A stretch of DNA of 46,901 nt, the filler included, from Nitrospirae bacterium MYbin3 (GTDB lineage: Bacteria; Nitrospirota; Thermodesulfovibrionia; Thermodesulfovibrionales; Dissulfurispiraceae), in the NCBI GenBank assembly GCA_002753335.1. It is 5 parts of 5 records of this genome, joined end to end, with 100 filler letters (N's around TTAATTAATTAA, not from the genome) between each part and the next. Parts side by side here need not be neighbours in the genome. Positions count along the whole stretch, not along the records: positions 10,887 to 20,594 come from PEAD01000047.1; positions 20,695 to 30,206 come from PEAD01000048.1; 3 more parts are not named here. One strand, 5' to 3'. The notes under the pieces were generated by a model that had not been told where the DNA came from, ran no database searches, and saw only the letters and a list, made by a program, of their open reading frames with translations. A program made the translations under genes and the position numbers. This document shows, piece by piece, positions 17,742 through 27,649 of the stretch (positions within the stretch are counted from its first letter, which is position 1; each line of letters starts with the position of its first letter).

Positions 17742-19358
17742 TTATAGAGTTTTACAATTTACATCTATGACATGACTGCCAATTTGGGGCTGCAATACCG
17801 CTAAAGCAATAACTTTAGATAGCAAAGCTCTTCCATATAGAGGATGAAGAGATAAGGTTTCACGAATGTCTTGTAGGTACATGCTTATGCTGTTTCTTGT
17901 AATTTCCGGCAGGATAGACGTTTCTTTTTGGTTTTCTGCCAAGAACTGCTCAATTTCAGCTTTTTTCTTCTCCGCTTTTTCAAGCTGATTTTTTACTATG
18001 TCTGAAAAAATCCCCGCTTTTATGGCGTTAATGAAATTAGCTATTTCTTTCTCGGTTTTTTTTAGTTGATCACCGAGAGCCTCCCTTCGCCACTTCGGGT
18101 TTGTCTGACCCAGATGGTTTTTTATTATCTCATCGACCCGTGAATGCAAATAATCAAGATGCTCGTTTTTATCAAAATTCAAATTCAGTGAACTTATGAC
18201 CGACCTCTCGAAATCTTTTTTATTCAACTTTATATTATTGTCACAAACTGCCGCCCCCTTGTTCCAATTATTTGAGCATCCGTATTTAGCCCACTTGCCT
18301 CCGGAAACTATAGCTATATTGCCGCCACATTTTCCGCATTTTACAAGCCCTGTAAGAAGATTAACTGAATAGGAATGCTTTGACTTGTTATACGCTCCGG
18401 AGTTTTCGGTTTGTAATTGTTTTTGTCTTTTTTTGACCTTCTCCCATAATTCGTCGCTGATGATTCTCAGTTCTGGTTTTTGGACAACAATCCATTTGCT
18501 GCTATCTTTCGCAATGCATTTCTTTTTGCCGTTTTCGGGATTGCGCTTTGAGAATGACCTATTCCAGTAATAGTGGCCGATATATATTTCATTATTGAGG
18601 ATTCCTCTAAACGCTTTTTTGCTGCCAAGTATGGTGCTGGAACACCAATATTTTCCCCTTGGCGGGGTGGGCGCATCTGTTCTTTTTATTTCCTCATTAA
18701 GAATGGTTGCAATTTTTTTTGCACTATAACCTTGCTCGCCAAACATTTTGAATATTCTAATTATAGTGTCCACTTCGTCGGGATTGATTTTAAGAATGTA
18801 GCCGTCAGCTTCAGGATTGCCATAGATATCGACTTTGCCGTTATAAACAGGTTCAGAACGATAGCCGTACCTTTTGCCGCCGCTGTTGTAGCCGCTTAAC
18901 ACTTGTCCTTCAATGCCGCGATAGGTTTCTTTTGATAAGTTCCTTATGTATAAGGAGTCAATGAGGCCGTTTATTGTGATCATCTCCTCGGCGGTCTCAT
19001 GAGATGTGTCTATCCCCTGAGAGACATAATAAACATGGATGCCGTAATAGGTGAGTAATGAGAAGATATCTAGTGCTTCTTTGGTATTGCGCGCAATTCG
19101 GGATGTCTCGTCAACGATAATTCTCTGAAAAGGACAGTTGTTACTCATCGCTGTTTGCATCATTTCTTTGAAGGCATGCCGCATATTGGTTCTGGTGCCT
19201 GACTGGGCTTTGTCGTAGTATATATGTTCATCAAGAATAACCCAGCCTTTGGTTGCTGCAAGTTCTCTGCATTTACGTATCTGGTCTTCAATTGAGGCTT
19301 CCCTCTGATTATTTGTGCTGTACCGCGCATATACGGCACAAAAAACGGTTTCAGTCAT
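17742..19358 (-). CDS. Large serine recombinase (resolvase + recombinase + Zn-ribbon + coiled coil)
   Basis: AVYARYST catalytic motif, DKAQSG, VDETSRIARN, ILNNEIYIG, LLTGLVKCGKCG...YGC. Confidence 0.92.
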   Translation of the reverse strand: MTETVFCAVYARYSTNNQREASIEDQIRKCRELAATKGWVILDEHIYYDKAQSGTRTNMRHAFKEMMQTAMSNNCPFQRIIVDETSRIARNTKEALDIFSLLTYYGIHVYYVSQGIDTSHETAEEMITINGLIDSLYIRNLSKETYRGIEGQVLSGYNSGGKRYGYRSEPVYNGKVDIYGNPEADGYILKINPDEVDTIIRIFKMFGEQGYSAKKIATILNEEIKRTDAPTPPRGKYWCSSTILGSKKAFRGILNNEIYIGHYYWNRSFSKRNPENGKKKCIAKDSSKWIVVQKPELRIISDELWEKVKKRQKQLQTENSGAYNKSKHSYSVNLLTGLVKCGKCGGNIAIVSGGKWAKYGCSNNWNKGAAVCDNNIKLNKKDFERSVISSLNLNFDKNEHLDYLHSRVDEIIKNHLGQTNPKWRREALGDQLKKTEKEIANFINAIKAGIFSDIVKNQLEKAEKKKAEIEQFLAENQKETSILPEITRNSISMYLQDIRETLSLHPLYGRALLSKVIALAVLQPQIGSHVIDVNCKTL

Positions 19359-19470
19359 CGATACCTCCTGAGCTGGTATTTATTTTGTTGATGATATCAT
19401 GGGCGATTATTTCGGCCAGAACATCTAAGAGCTCCTTATAATTGGCTGAAATAGGCGCATTCTGCTTCAT
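19351..19470 (-). CDS. 39-aa ORF coupling the HD gene to the recombinase (not in the ORF track)
   Basis: MKQNAPISANYKELLDVLAEIIAHDIINKINTSSGGIDD. ATGA overlap with the HD gene stop; overlaps the recombinase start and contains its RBS. Confidence 0.5.
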   Translation of the reverse strand: MKQNAPISANYKELLDVLAEIIAHDIINKINTSSGGIDD

Positions 19471-20450
19471 GCTGCTTTCTCCATTATATTTGCAGTCTGC
19501 CGTTTGTATTTCAGTTGGCAAATTTCAGTGTTCAGAATTTTATCGAAACGGCTCCACTCACCTTTGGGATCAGAGGCTCCAAGGTAACAGTAAATATGGT
19601 TTATTTTGGCGTCAATATTATCTATGAGGTTTAAAACAACAGCTTCCGGTAATGCAGGTTTGATTGGACTTCCATATTCCAAGGATCCGTGATGGGATAA
19701 GATCATGTGTTTAAGCAATAATGCCAGCCGTTCAGGAAAGTTTTTAATCATAGCCAGTTTTTCCTGCAACATTAAAAAGCCTATGCTTATATGTCCCAGA
19801 AGTTTTCCTTCGGTGGTGTATTCCTTTGCTATTTCCCAATACAGTTCTTTGGTTTTGCCTATGTCATGCAAAAATGAAGCGGTTATCAACAAATCTTTAT
19901 CAATAAGTGCGGGATTGTTGTCGGCGATCATTGCGGCAAGGTTCATTACATTGACAGTATGCTCGAGAAGGCCCCCTACATAATTATGATGCACCGAAAT
20001 CCCGGCAGGTGAGGTTATGAATTGTTCTAAGAAGCTCTCGTCTTCAAGAAATGCGCTTATAAGCTTTCTGCAATTCTCATCGTGTATTAATGCTATAGCG
20101 CTATTTAATTTCTCTTGCCAAAGTTCAACTCCACCTGAAACCACCTCAAGAAAATCCCGTATGTCTATTTCGTGTTTTTCAGCTTTACGAATTCTCGATA
20201 TATTAATGCTTAAGGAATTATTTACATTATTAATAATGCCCTGAATTTTAACAAACGATTTCTCTGTCAGTGATGCGGCCATCACAACAGGATCTTTCCA
20301 TATGTATCCATTGATTTTGCCGGACTTGTCGTGAAGTTCTACTGCAAGGAAGTTTTGTCCGGTCTTGCTTCTCCTTAATGACATGGATTCAAGGGAGAAA
20401 AATGTTGTTATCTGTGTGTTTGCCTTAATGTCTTTTTTCATTAGCTTCAT
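19467..20450 (-). CDS. YhaM/CBF1-like OB-fold + HD-domain 3'-5' exonuclease
   Basis: N-terminal OB fold (LHDKSGKINGYIW), SPAG..VHH.Y.GGLLEHT, LHDIGK, ILSHHG.LEYGSP, DNIDAK. Confidence 0.85.
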   Translation of the reverse strand: MKLMKKDIKANTQITTFFSLESMSLRRSKTGQNFLAVELHDKSGKINGYIWKDPVVMAASLTEKSFVKIQGIINNVNNSLSINISRIRKAEKHEIDIRDFLEVVSGGVELWQEKLNSAIALIHDENCRKLISAFLEDESFLEQFITSPAGISVHHNYVGGLLEHTVNVMNLAAMIADNNPALIDKDLLITASFLHDIGKTKELYWEIAKEYTTEGKLLGHISIGFLMLQEKLAMIKNFPERLALLLKHMILSHHGSLEYGSPIKPALPEAVVLNLIDNIDAKINHIYCYLGASDPKGEWSRFDKILNTEICQLKYKRQTANIMEKAA

Positions 20451-20594
20451 TCTTAAGCCTCCTTTGCGGCTTTATCGTATTGTCAAAAGTTCTAAGGCTA
20501 AAAGCTTTCAAACCCTTGTCCAGTAATGCATTGCTTTAAATAAACTTGCCTCCCCCTGATTTCAGGGTTAAAGTAGTAGCTCTACCAACTACAA

Positions 20595-20694
20595 NNNNNN
20601 NNNNNNNNNNNNNNNNNNNNNNNNNNNNNNNNNNNNNNTTAATTAATTAANNNNNNNNNNNNNNNNNNNNNNNNNNNNNNNNNNNNNNNNNNNN
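20595..20694. other. Artificial contig linker
   Basis: N44-TTAATTAATTAA-N44. Confidence 0.98.
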
Positions 20695-21776
20695 CGCCCG
20701 CCAGCCGCCTTAATCGCCTGAAGAATAGCGACCATGTCTCTAGGTGTCACTCCGAGCGCGTTAAGAGCTTTTACCAGTTCGCCTATTGTTGCCCCTTTTA
20801 CCTCCATCAACGAAGCCTTCTTCTCTTCCACCGCGACCTCTTTTTGTGTTGCAACCACAGTCTGAGCAGATGCAGGAGCAAGCGACGCAGGCTGAGATAC
20901 CTGTTGTTCAGTCTTTATAGATATCGTAAGCCCACCATGCGACAAAGCAACAGGAGCGATGCTCACATTCTCGCCTATCACAACAGTGCCGGTCCTCTCA
21001 TTGATCACCACTCGTGCCGGAACATCTATCACAACATTAAGAAGCTCAATAGCAGACATAAGCTCAACCACTCTTTCACTAAAGGAATCAGGCACAACAA
21101 CAGAAATAACCGAAGGACCTTCGGCCTTGGCAAACGAACCGCCCAGTTTTTCATTTATCTTGTCAGAAACCCTTTTGGCGGTTGTTATATCCTGAACCAT
21201 AAGCATTAGGTCGAGCCTGTTTTTCCTGTTAAGCTGAACAGGCACCTCTTTCTCTACCAAGCCTCCGTTCGGAATCATGCCTACATTCGGGTGATTTTTC
21301 GACGCCCCACCCGCAGAGAAACCTCCGATAGAAAGAGCTCCCTGCGCTATGGCATAAACATTGCCGTCAAGCCCCTTCATCGGTGTCATAAGCAGGGTCC
21401 CACCCTGAAGGCTTTTTGAATCACCTATAGAGGAAACCTGCACATCAACCCGAGAACCGGGTTTTGTGTTGGTCTGAAGCTTGGCAGTGACAATTACTGC
21501 AGCTATATTCTTTGTCTTGCCTTTTATGTCAGCCTGACTGACGTTAACACCCATACGGCTCAACATATTTGCAAAAGGTTGATATATGTATGTTCCGTCC
21601 TTGTCACCAGTACCGTTCAGTCCAACTACTATTCCATAACCGATAAGTTCATTTTCCCTGATACCAGAAAAACTGCCTATATCTTTTATTCTTTCAGCAT
21701 TGGCAGCACCTGAAAACAATGACAGCATAAGAATCGCTATTGCCCAAGTTTTAATTATTTGTGATTTCATTCTCAT
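20695..21776 (-). CDS. flgI: Flagellar P-ring protein, 3'-truncated
   Basis: RIKDI...GIRENELIGYGIVVGLNGTGD, SLQGGTLL, ARVVINERTGTVVIG, LVKALNALGVTPRDMVAILQAIKAAG. Confidence 0.95.
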
Positions 21777-21787
21777 ATCAGTTCTAT

Positions 21788-21804
21788 TGCATTTATTATG
21801 CCAA
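21788..21804 (-). promoter_or_regulatory. Putative internal sigma54 promoter before flgI
   Basis: TTGGCATAATAAATGCA directly after the flgH stop, GG-N10-GC. Confidence 0.5.
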
Positions 21805-21805
21805 G

Positions 21806-22570
21806 TTAAAAGGGCCATATTTTATCCAGAAACCTGACCAGCCACCCTGCAGATTGTTTGTCATCCAGCACTCCATCGCCCACAAGATATATCTGTGCAT
21901 CAGCTACATACTGAGACTGAACAGTATTAGCCGGAGTTACATCATCAGGCCTTACCATTCCCCTAAAGACCAGTATCTCTTTTTCGTTGTTTACCACTAT
22001 CTCTTTGCGTGATTCAAGCACCATATTCGTATTCGGCAGGACCTCAACAACCTTTGCGGTTATAGTGCCTGACAATTTTCCTACACGTGTAGTATCTCCC
22101 TTTCCCTTAAAATCAGATGCAGAACTGCCTGCTGCTGAAGGCGTGAACGGAAGCCCGTTCCAAGCGTCCGGCAAGCCTAATTTCTGCAAAAGTTTTTTCT
22201 CCACATCCAACCCAGCCAGCTTGCTTCCCAAAATATTATCAATTCCATATGTCCCGGAAGAGTTCCTGCTTGCGTTGGTAGTTGCCGTTTTCGAGGCTGT
22301 TGATGATTCACTGATAACGATTGTCACAAGATCATTTACTCTCTTGGCCTTCCTGTCCTCAAAAATAGATGCACCGTCACTCCAGAGAGAGCCTTCAGAA
22401 GCATATTTATTCTGACTCTCCTTCGGCTCTACGTACTTCTGAGGCATCGGAGCCTCCCTTATTTCATGGGCTTCTTTAAGCCCTGAACAACCTAACATCA
22501 AGAAAGAAATTCCTACCGACAGGCAAACTTTTCCTACTCTACTGTTTAAATACATCAGGCTTTTATTCAT
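21806..22570 (-). CDS. flgH: Flagellar L-ring lipoprotein
   Basis: Lipobox MLGC, GSLW...FEDRKAKRVNDLVTIVI, GMVRPDDV..NTVQSQYVADA, GWLVRFLDKIWPF. Confidence 0.95.
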   Translation of the reverse strand: MNKSLMYLNSRVGKVCLSVGISFLMLGCSGLKEAHEIREAPMPQKYVEPKESQNKYASEGSLWSDGASIFEDRKAKRVNDLVTIVISESSTASKTATTNASRNSSGTYGIDNILGSKLAGLDVEKKLLQKLGLPDAWNGLPFTPSAAGSSASDFKGKGDTTRVGKLSGTITAKVVEVLPNTNMVLESRKEIVVNNEKEILVFRGMVRPDDVTPANTVQSQYVADAQIYLVGDGVLDDKQSAGWLVRFLDKIWPF

Positions 22571-23277
22571 ATTTTCACCTTTACCGTTCCGGCATCCAAA
22601 AGAATGCCATTTATTTCTTTCTTATTAGCATCGCAATAAACCAGCGCGCTGCTGCCAACTGCAGCATCTTTTCTAAGAATCCCCTTGGTTGTCAGCGTAA
22701 TATTACTGCCCTCTACGATAACATCCACTCTCTGTCCTTTCTTGATAGTCAACACATTTGCAAAATTATCAGCTTTCAGCAAAACTCCTTGTCCAATATT
22801 AGCCTTAAGTATTTTGCCTTCGATATCAGAACGCTGAATTGAGGCTCCGTAAGGTATTTTTGAAAGTCTCTGTTTAAGAGTAAAAAAACTATCCGGAGTA
22901 AGATAAGATCCCTTTACAAGAGCCCTCGAGCTGACAAAAACATCTACCATAAGATCGTAAGCCGCCTCAACAACTAACCCGTAAAAAGCCTCGGCCCCAT
23001 TTCTTATCTTAATTTCATAGTTAACCTTGTTGCGCCCCGAATATCCGCTCATGCGGGCCGAATCAAAAGTCGTGCTGCTTTTGATAAAATCGATACCTTT
23101 AACAACTTTTATGCTGTTAACTTCAACATCAGGAGATAGTGACTGAGAAAGATCATCTTGTATCGCACGCCTAATCTCGACAAGCACCTTCGAATCATCG
23201 CTTAGCTCGCCAAAACATGAAAATGGCGCCAATGCTGCAATGCAAGTAAAGATCAGAGTTATTATGATTATTCTCAT
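22567..23277 (-). CDS. flgA: Flagellar P-ring chaperone
   Basis: Located between flgG and flgH. SAF-like region VSSRALVKG...IKKGQRVDVI. Confidence 0.8.
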   Translation of the reverse strand: MRIIIITLIFTCIAALAPFSCFGELSDDSKVLVEIRRAIQDDLSQSLSPDVEVNSIKVVKGIDFIKSSTTFDSARMSGYSGRNKVNYEIKIRNGAEAFYGLVVEAAYDLMVDVFVSSRALVKGSYLTPDSFFTLKQRLSKIPYGASIQRSDIEGKILKANIGQGVLLKADNFANVLTIKKGQRVDVIVEGSNITLTTKGILRKDAAVGSSALVYCDANKKEINGILLDAGTVKVKI

Positions 23278-23282
23278 CTCAG

Positions 23283-24071
23283 TTATCTCTTGATATTAGA
23301 AGAAATCTGGAGCATTTCATCAGAGGCCTGAACAGCCTTCGAATTAATGTCAAATGCCCTCTGGGCTATAATCAAATTTGCCATCTCCTCAACAACATTA
23401 ACATTGGACATTTCGAGAAATCCCTGATTAAGAGTGCCTCTGCCTTCAAGGCCCGGAGCGCCTGAAACAGCCTCTCCTGAAGCATCTGAAGTGGTAAACA
23501 AATTCTTGCCGATTGCCATAAGACCTGCAGGATTCGCAAACTTAGCTATTGTAATCGGAGTGAGCGCAGTAGGCGCAGAACTTCCTGCCACAAAGGCGCT
23601 AACTTCTCCTGTTGCGCTTATAGTTATACTCGTTGTCGAAGGATCAAACGTTATACCGTCGGTAAGAGGATAACCGTCAGAAGTAACCATCCTCCCGTCC
23701 TTATCAAGCTTAAACGCCCCTGACCTTGTGTAAGCGGTAGTACCGTCAGGCCTCGTCACCTGAAAAAAGCCGCCGCCTTCGATCACAAGATCAAGCTCAT
23801 TATTCGTGTTTATAAAATCGCCCTGAGTAAAAAGCTTCTGCACCGCGACAGGCTTTACACCCAATCCTACCTGTATTCCTGTAGGCACCTGCACACCCTC
23901 GCCCGACACAGCTCCGGGCCCCTTAATATTCTGGTAAAGCAAATCCTGAAAATCGGCCCTGCTTCTTTTAAACCCGACCGTATTAACGTTTGCAAGATTG
24001 TGGGCGATTACATCAACATTCATCTGCTGGGAATGCATCCCTGTTGCTGCCGTAAAAAGCGACCTTATCAT
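23283..24071 (-). CDS. flgG: Flagellar distal rod protein
   Basis: MIRSLFTAATGM..QQ..VDVIAHNLANVNTVGFK...FQDLLYQ, LEMSNVNVVEEM. Confidence 0.97.
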   Translation of the reverse strand: MIRSLFTAATGMHSQQMNVDVIAHNLANVNTVGFKRSRADFQDLLYQNIKGPGAVSGEGVQVPTGIQVGLGVKPVAVQKLFTQGDFINTNNELDLVIEGGGFFQVTRPDGTTAYTRSGAFKLDKDGRMVTSDGYPLTDGITFDPSTTSITISATGEVSAFVAGSSAPTALTPITIAKFANPAGLMAIGKNLFTTSDASGEAVSGAPGLEGRGTLNQGFLEMSNVNVVEEMANLIIAQRAFDINSKAVQASDEMLQISSNIKR

Positions 24072-24087
24072 CTCAATTCCTCCCTAA

Positions 24088-24807
24088 TTATGTCCTAGCT
24101 AATTCGAGCGACCTTTTTGAAAGGTCTTCAAAGCTGGATATTACTTTCATAGACGAATCATATTGCCTGAGCGCAGTCATTACTCCAACCATCTCTCTTA
24201 CCGGATTAACATTAGACATCTCAAGCCCGCCCTGAACAACTTCTCCATCAGACACGCCTGCTTCTTCGCCGGAATAAAGTGAATCGCCTTCATGCATCAA
24301 ACCGTTCAGTTTAACCACCTTGAATTTCCCTACAGACCCTCCGTTCACATTAATAGTTCCGTCGTGGGCTATGCTTATATTGCCGTCATTCTCGACAGTT
24401 ATCGGCCTGTTGGTGCTATCAAGAACTTTATAACCATTATTTGATACGATGGTATTGTCTTTATCCAAGGTAAACGATCCACTTCTTGAATAAAAATTCT
24501 GTCCTTTTTTCTGGACCACAAAAAAACCCTCGCCCATAATAGCTACATCAAGAGGATTGCCTGTGGTCTTTATATTACCGTCTGCTGTGTCGATATGATA
24601 TTTATTGAAATCGGTCATGCCCCTCGCTTTGGGATAGGCCACGTCAGGCTTTTGAGCCATGCCTTCAAAAATATCGTAAAAGCGAGAAGAGGTGGATGTC
24701 TTTTTGTACCCTACAGTGCTGACATTCGCGAGATTGTTAGTTACCGTCTCAAGCTCTCTGCTTCTTAACACCGCACTGCTCAAAGCTACATATATTCCCT
24801 TTTGCAT
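24088..24807 (-). CDS. flgF: Flagellar proximal rod protein
   Basis: NNLANVSTVGYKK, TGNPLDVAIMGEGFF, LEMSNVNPVREMV. Upstream of flgG. Confidence 0.9.
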   Translation of the reverse strand: MQKGIYVALSSAVLRSRELETVTNNLANVSTVGYKKTSTSSRFYDIFEGMAQKPDVAYPKARGMTDFNKYHIDTADGNIKTTGNPLDVAIMGEGFFVVQKKGQNFYSRSGSFTLDKDNTIVSNNGYKVLDSTNRPITVENDGNISIAHDGTINVNGGSVGKFKVVKLNGLMHEGDSLYSGEEAGVSDGEVVQGGLEMSNVNPVREMVGVMTALRQYDSSMKVISSFEDLSKRSLELART

Positions 24808-24842
24808 CCTGCCCTCTCTCTCATAGAATTAATATGAGATAA

Positions 24843-24859
24843 AGCAATATTGATGCCAA
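24843..24859 (-). promoter_or_regulatory. sigma54 promoter of flgFGAH
   Basis: TTGGCATCAATATTGCT, near-consensus -24/-12. Confidence 0.8.
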
Positions 24860-24949
24860 GATTTAAACTATGTTTTTCAGTGGGTTTTCAAGAGTTTTTC
24901 TGAGGTTAAAGAGGATAAGGCTAGGAATTATTTTCCTGCGATGGGAAAA

Positions 24950-25153
24950 TTATGCCTTGATATCTATGCCGTGCTTTTCTTTCTTTGCTTCTGACGAAGA
25001 CTTGCCTTCATCCTCAGCCTTGGAGGTTGCTCGTTCCCGTATGACTTTCTTTGCCGGCCTGTTCTGACGCGCAAACAGCTTTACATTGCTCTGACCTATC
25101 AAGGCAGAGCCAGCTATGCCCAAAACATTGCCTATGCCTTCATATCCTGCCAT
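24950..25153 (-). CDS. 67-aa hypothetical protein, probably motility-associated
   Basis: ORF ends ...GIDIKA. Has its own sigma28-like promoter. Confidence 0.6.
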   Translation of the reverse strand: MAGYEGIGNVLGIAGSALIGQSNVKLFARQNRPAKKVIRERATSKAEDEGKSSSEAKKEKHGIDIKA

Positions 25154-25163
25154 CTTGCTTTAG

Positions 25164-25190
25164 TTATCGGACAAAAAACAAAGGACTTCA
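25164..25190 (-). promoter_or_regulatory. sigma28 (FliA)-type promoter
   Basis: TGAAGTCC-N11-TCCGATAA versus consensus TAAAGTTT-N11-GCCGATAA. Confidence 0.6.
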
Positions 25191-25220
25191 TCTGCAGCAT
25201 GCGGTATTTTTAGTTTGAGC

Positions 25221-26063
25221 CTAGGCTTCTACTTCTGATTTCTGTTCGAGGTATGTGGCTTTTACTTTCTCAGAAATTTCGGCGAACTTGTCTTTGCTTA
25301 TCCCCAAACGCTCAAGCTCGATATCTGACATTTCTACGGATGAACGCAACCCTATATTCAAATTGAGGCACAAGGCATCAGCTGTTTTCACAATCAAGCA
25401 CTGGAACTCATAATCACTATCCTCAACCATCGAGAAATCTTCCGAATGATGATATTCGATAACCGCCTCAAGGTTCTTAGGCAGCTTCCATTTGCGGGCA
25501 ACCAAGCCGCCCACGTTGCAATGATTGAAGCCGAGCATGTCATTCTCTGCTTCTATAAAAGATATGCCTTCGTCATAGACACGTTCGATAATCAATGAAT
25601 ATGAATCAGGCATGCTGTTGTTCAGTATGGTTTTGCCTATGTCATGGATAAGCCCAACAACCAGAGCCTCTTCCGATGACATCAACCTCGTTTCTGCAGC
25701 AAGGGCTGAGGCCGCAATAGACACGCCTAGGCTGTGATCCCAAAGACGCTGCTCAAACAACCCAAATTTTCGGTGTATATCCTTTAGAGAAGCCGCAACA
25801 ACAAGATTCTTCATTGTGTTTAAGCCGATTAAAATAATGGCGGTCGAAACAGAATCAACCTTCTTGCCCCTGCCGTAGTAAGGTGAATTTGCTATTTTAA
25901 GCAGCCGGGTTGAAAAAGACTGATCCTGCGAAATTATCTTTTCAAGCTGATTTATTGAAGAGAAATCATCGTTCATCAACTGCAGGACTTTGCCAGCCAC
26001 AGTAGGAAGACTTGGAACATCTATAGTTTCAAGAACTATTTTTTCTAAAAGCTCTTCTTTCAA
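25221..26063 (-). CDS. HDOD domain protein
   Basis: PSLPTVA, IISQDQSFSTRLLKIANSPYYG, LWDHSL, GLIHDIGK, KWKLP...IEYHH. Confidence 0.92.
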   Translation of the reverse strand: MKEELLEKIVLETIDVPSLPTVAGKVLQLMNDDFSSINQLEKIISQDQSFSTRLLKIANSPYYGRGKKVDSVSTAIILIGLNTMKNLVVAASLKDIHRKFGLFEQRLWDHSLGVSIAASALAAETRLMSSEEALVVGLIHDIGKTILNNSMPDSYSLIIERVYDEGISFIEAENDMLGFNHCNVGGLVARKWKLPKNLEAVIEYHHSEDFSMVEDSDYEFQCLIVKTADALCLNLNIGLRSSVEMSDIELERLGISKDKFAEISEKVKATYLEQKSEVEA

Positions 26064-26087
26064 AAGTTTTTATCCTTAGTGGTCATT

Positions 26088-26555
26088 CTACTCAAGAAGA
26101 GCCACAGCATCCGATTTCCCCAGCATTCTGTCAAGGTCAAGAAGTATTATAAGCCTGTCTGCCAGCTTTGCAATGCCTTTCATAAACTCTGCACTTATAT
26201 TTGAGGCCAATGGAGGTGTCGGCTCCACTATATTGCCCGGAATCCTGAGCACTTCAGAAACAGAATCCACCACAACTCCCATTGTAATGCCTTCTATGTC
26301 CATAATCATGATACGAGAACGAGAGTCGGGCTCTTTAGCCTCAAGGCTAAACTTGGTCCTGATATTGATTACAGGAATAACTTTACCTCTCAGGTTTACT
26401 ACGCCTTCCACATACGCAGGAGAGTTTGGCACCCTCGTAATTTCGGTCATCCTGTTTATCTCCTGCACTTTAAGTATGTCAACCGCATACTCCTCGTTAT
26501 CAAGATTAAAGGTAACCAGTTGCAAGAGTTCATCAGACACAGTCAGCTCCTTCAT
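26088..26555 (-). CDS. cheW: Chemotaxis coupling protein
   Basis: LVTFNLDNEEYAVDILKVQEI, GVVNLRGKVIPVI, GVVVDSVSEV. Confidence 0.95.
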   Translation of the reverse strand: MKELTVSDELLQLVTFNLDNEEYAVDILKVQEINRMTEITRVPNSPAYVEGVVNLRGKVIPVINIRTKFSLEAKEPDSRSRIMIMDIEGITMGVVVDSVSEVLRIPGNIVEPTPPLASNISAEFMKGIAKLADRLIILLDLDRMLGKSDAVALLE

Positions 26556-26566
26556 TCATCAACCTC

Positions 26567-27631
26567 CTAAACAGCGTTAATTATTTCGCCCGCAATCTCT
26601 TCCAGAGACAATATTTTATCGGCTATGCCTGCATCCACAACCGCTTTCGGCATTCCGTAAACAACGCAGCTATCTTCGTTCTGTGCAAATATCCTGGCGC
26701 CGGTCCTCTTCATCTCGGCCATACCTTTTGCCCCGTCATTGCCCATTCCTGTTAGTATAACACCGAGGGCCCTTCCCGGAAAAAACTCGGCAACAGAAAG
26801 CATAAGCGCATCAACCGACGGACGGTATATGTAGTCTTCCTTTGCTTCAGAAATGGTTATTACTGTTTCGAGCCCTCTCGGACGCTTTACCCGCATGTGG
26901 CCTCTGCCGGGAGCGATATAAGCAACGCCGCCCTTAAGCACGTCGCCTTCAGCCGCCTCTTTAACCGTTATCTCGCTGAGCTGATTAAGCCTTTCAGCAA
27001 AGGGGCCGGTAAAATTGGCCGGCATATGCTGCGCGATAAGAATAGGCAGCGGAAAATCCTTTGGCAGTTTAGGAATAATCTCCTGAAGAGCTTTAGGGCC
27101 ACCTGTTGAGGTGCCTATAGAAACAACGTTTGCCCGCCTATCGCCAGTAACTTTTGTAGGCATCGCCTTCGGTATTTCGTGTGCTGCTGCGTGGGCGAGA
27201 GGTTTTGAGGGAGCTGCAACCCGTCTCTTAGGCCTGCCCTTTCTGCCTATCTGCTTTATCTTGTCCAACAGCATCTCTTTTATCTTCACAATGTTTATAG
27301 AAAGTTCAGAAAGGTTCTTGGGTATGAAATCAGCAGCACCAAGATCAAGGGCATCAAGAGTCGCTTTCGCGCCATCGGTGGTCAGAGAGCTTACCATGAT
27401 AACAGAAACAGGATCTCTCTCCATAATATGCTTAAGCGCGGTCAGGCCATCCATTTTCGGCATCTCCACATCCAGTGTTACAACATCAGGCTTAAGTGCG
27501 GCTATTTTTTCGAGAGCATCAACCCCATCTCTTGCAGTACCGACGATCTGTATTTCAGGATCGGATGAAATCATACTCGTCAGAGCATTTCTCATAAACG
27601 CAGAATCATCAACAATAAGGACTTTAACCAT
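26567..27631 (-). CDS. cheB: Chemotaxis response regulator methylesterase
   Basis: REC domain plus IGTSTGGP, IAQHMP, RPSVD, ILTGMGNDGAKG, CVVYGMP. Confidence 0.97.
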   Translation of the reverse strand: MVKVLIVDDSAFMRNALTSMISSDPEIQIVGTARDGVDALEKIAALKPDVVTLDVEMPKMDGLTALKHIMERDPVSVIMVSSLTTDGAKATLDALDLGAADFIPKNLSELSINIVKIKEMLLDKIKQIGRKGRPKRRVAAPSKPLAHAAAHEIPKAMPTKVTGDRRANVVSIGTSTGGPKALQEIIPKLPKDFPLPILIAQHMPANFTGPFAERLNQLSEITVKEAAEGDVLKGGVAYIAPGRGHMRVKRPRGLETVITISEAKEDYIYRPSVDALMLSVAEFFPGRALGVILTGMGNDGAKGMAEMKRTGARIFAQNEDSCVVYGMPKAVVDAGIADKILSLEEIAGEIINAV

Positions 27632-27649
27632 TTAATTAACCCCTTTTAA

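Noticed and set aside
20550..20594. Minus-strand GTAGTTGGTAGAGC resembling a tRNA D-loop, near a CCCTGA/TCAGGG hairpin
   Set aside because: No anticodon stem or T-loop follows, and the contig ends, so it cannot be supported
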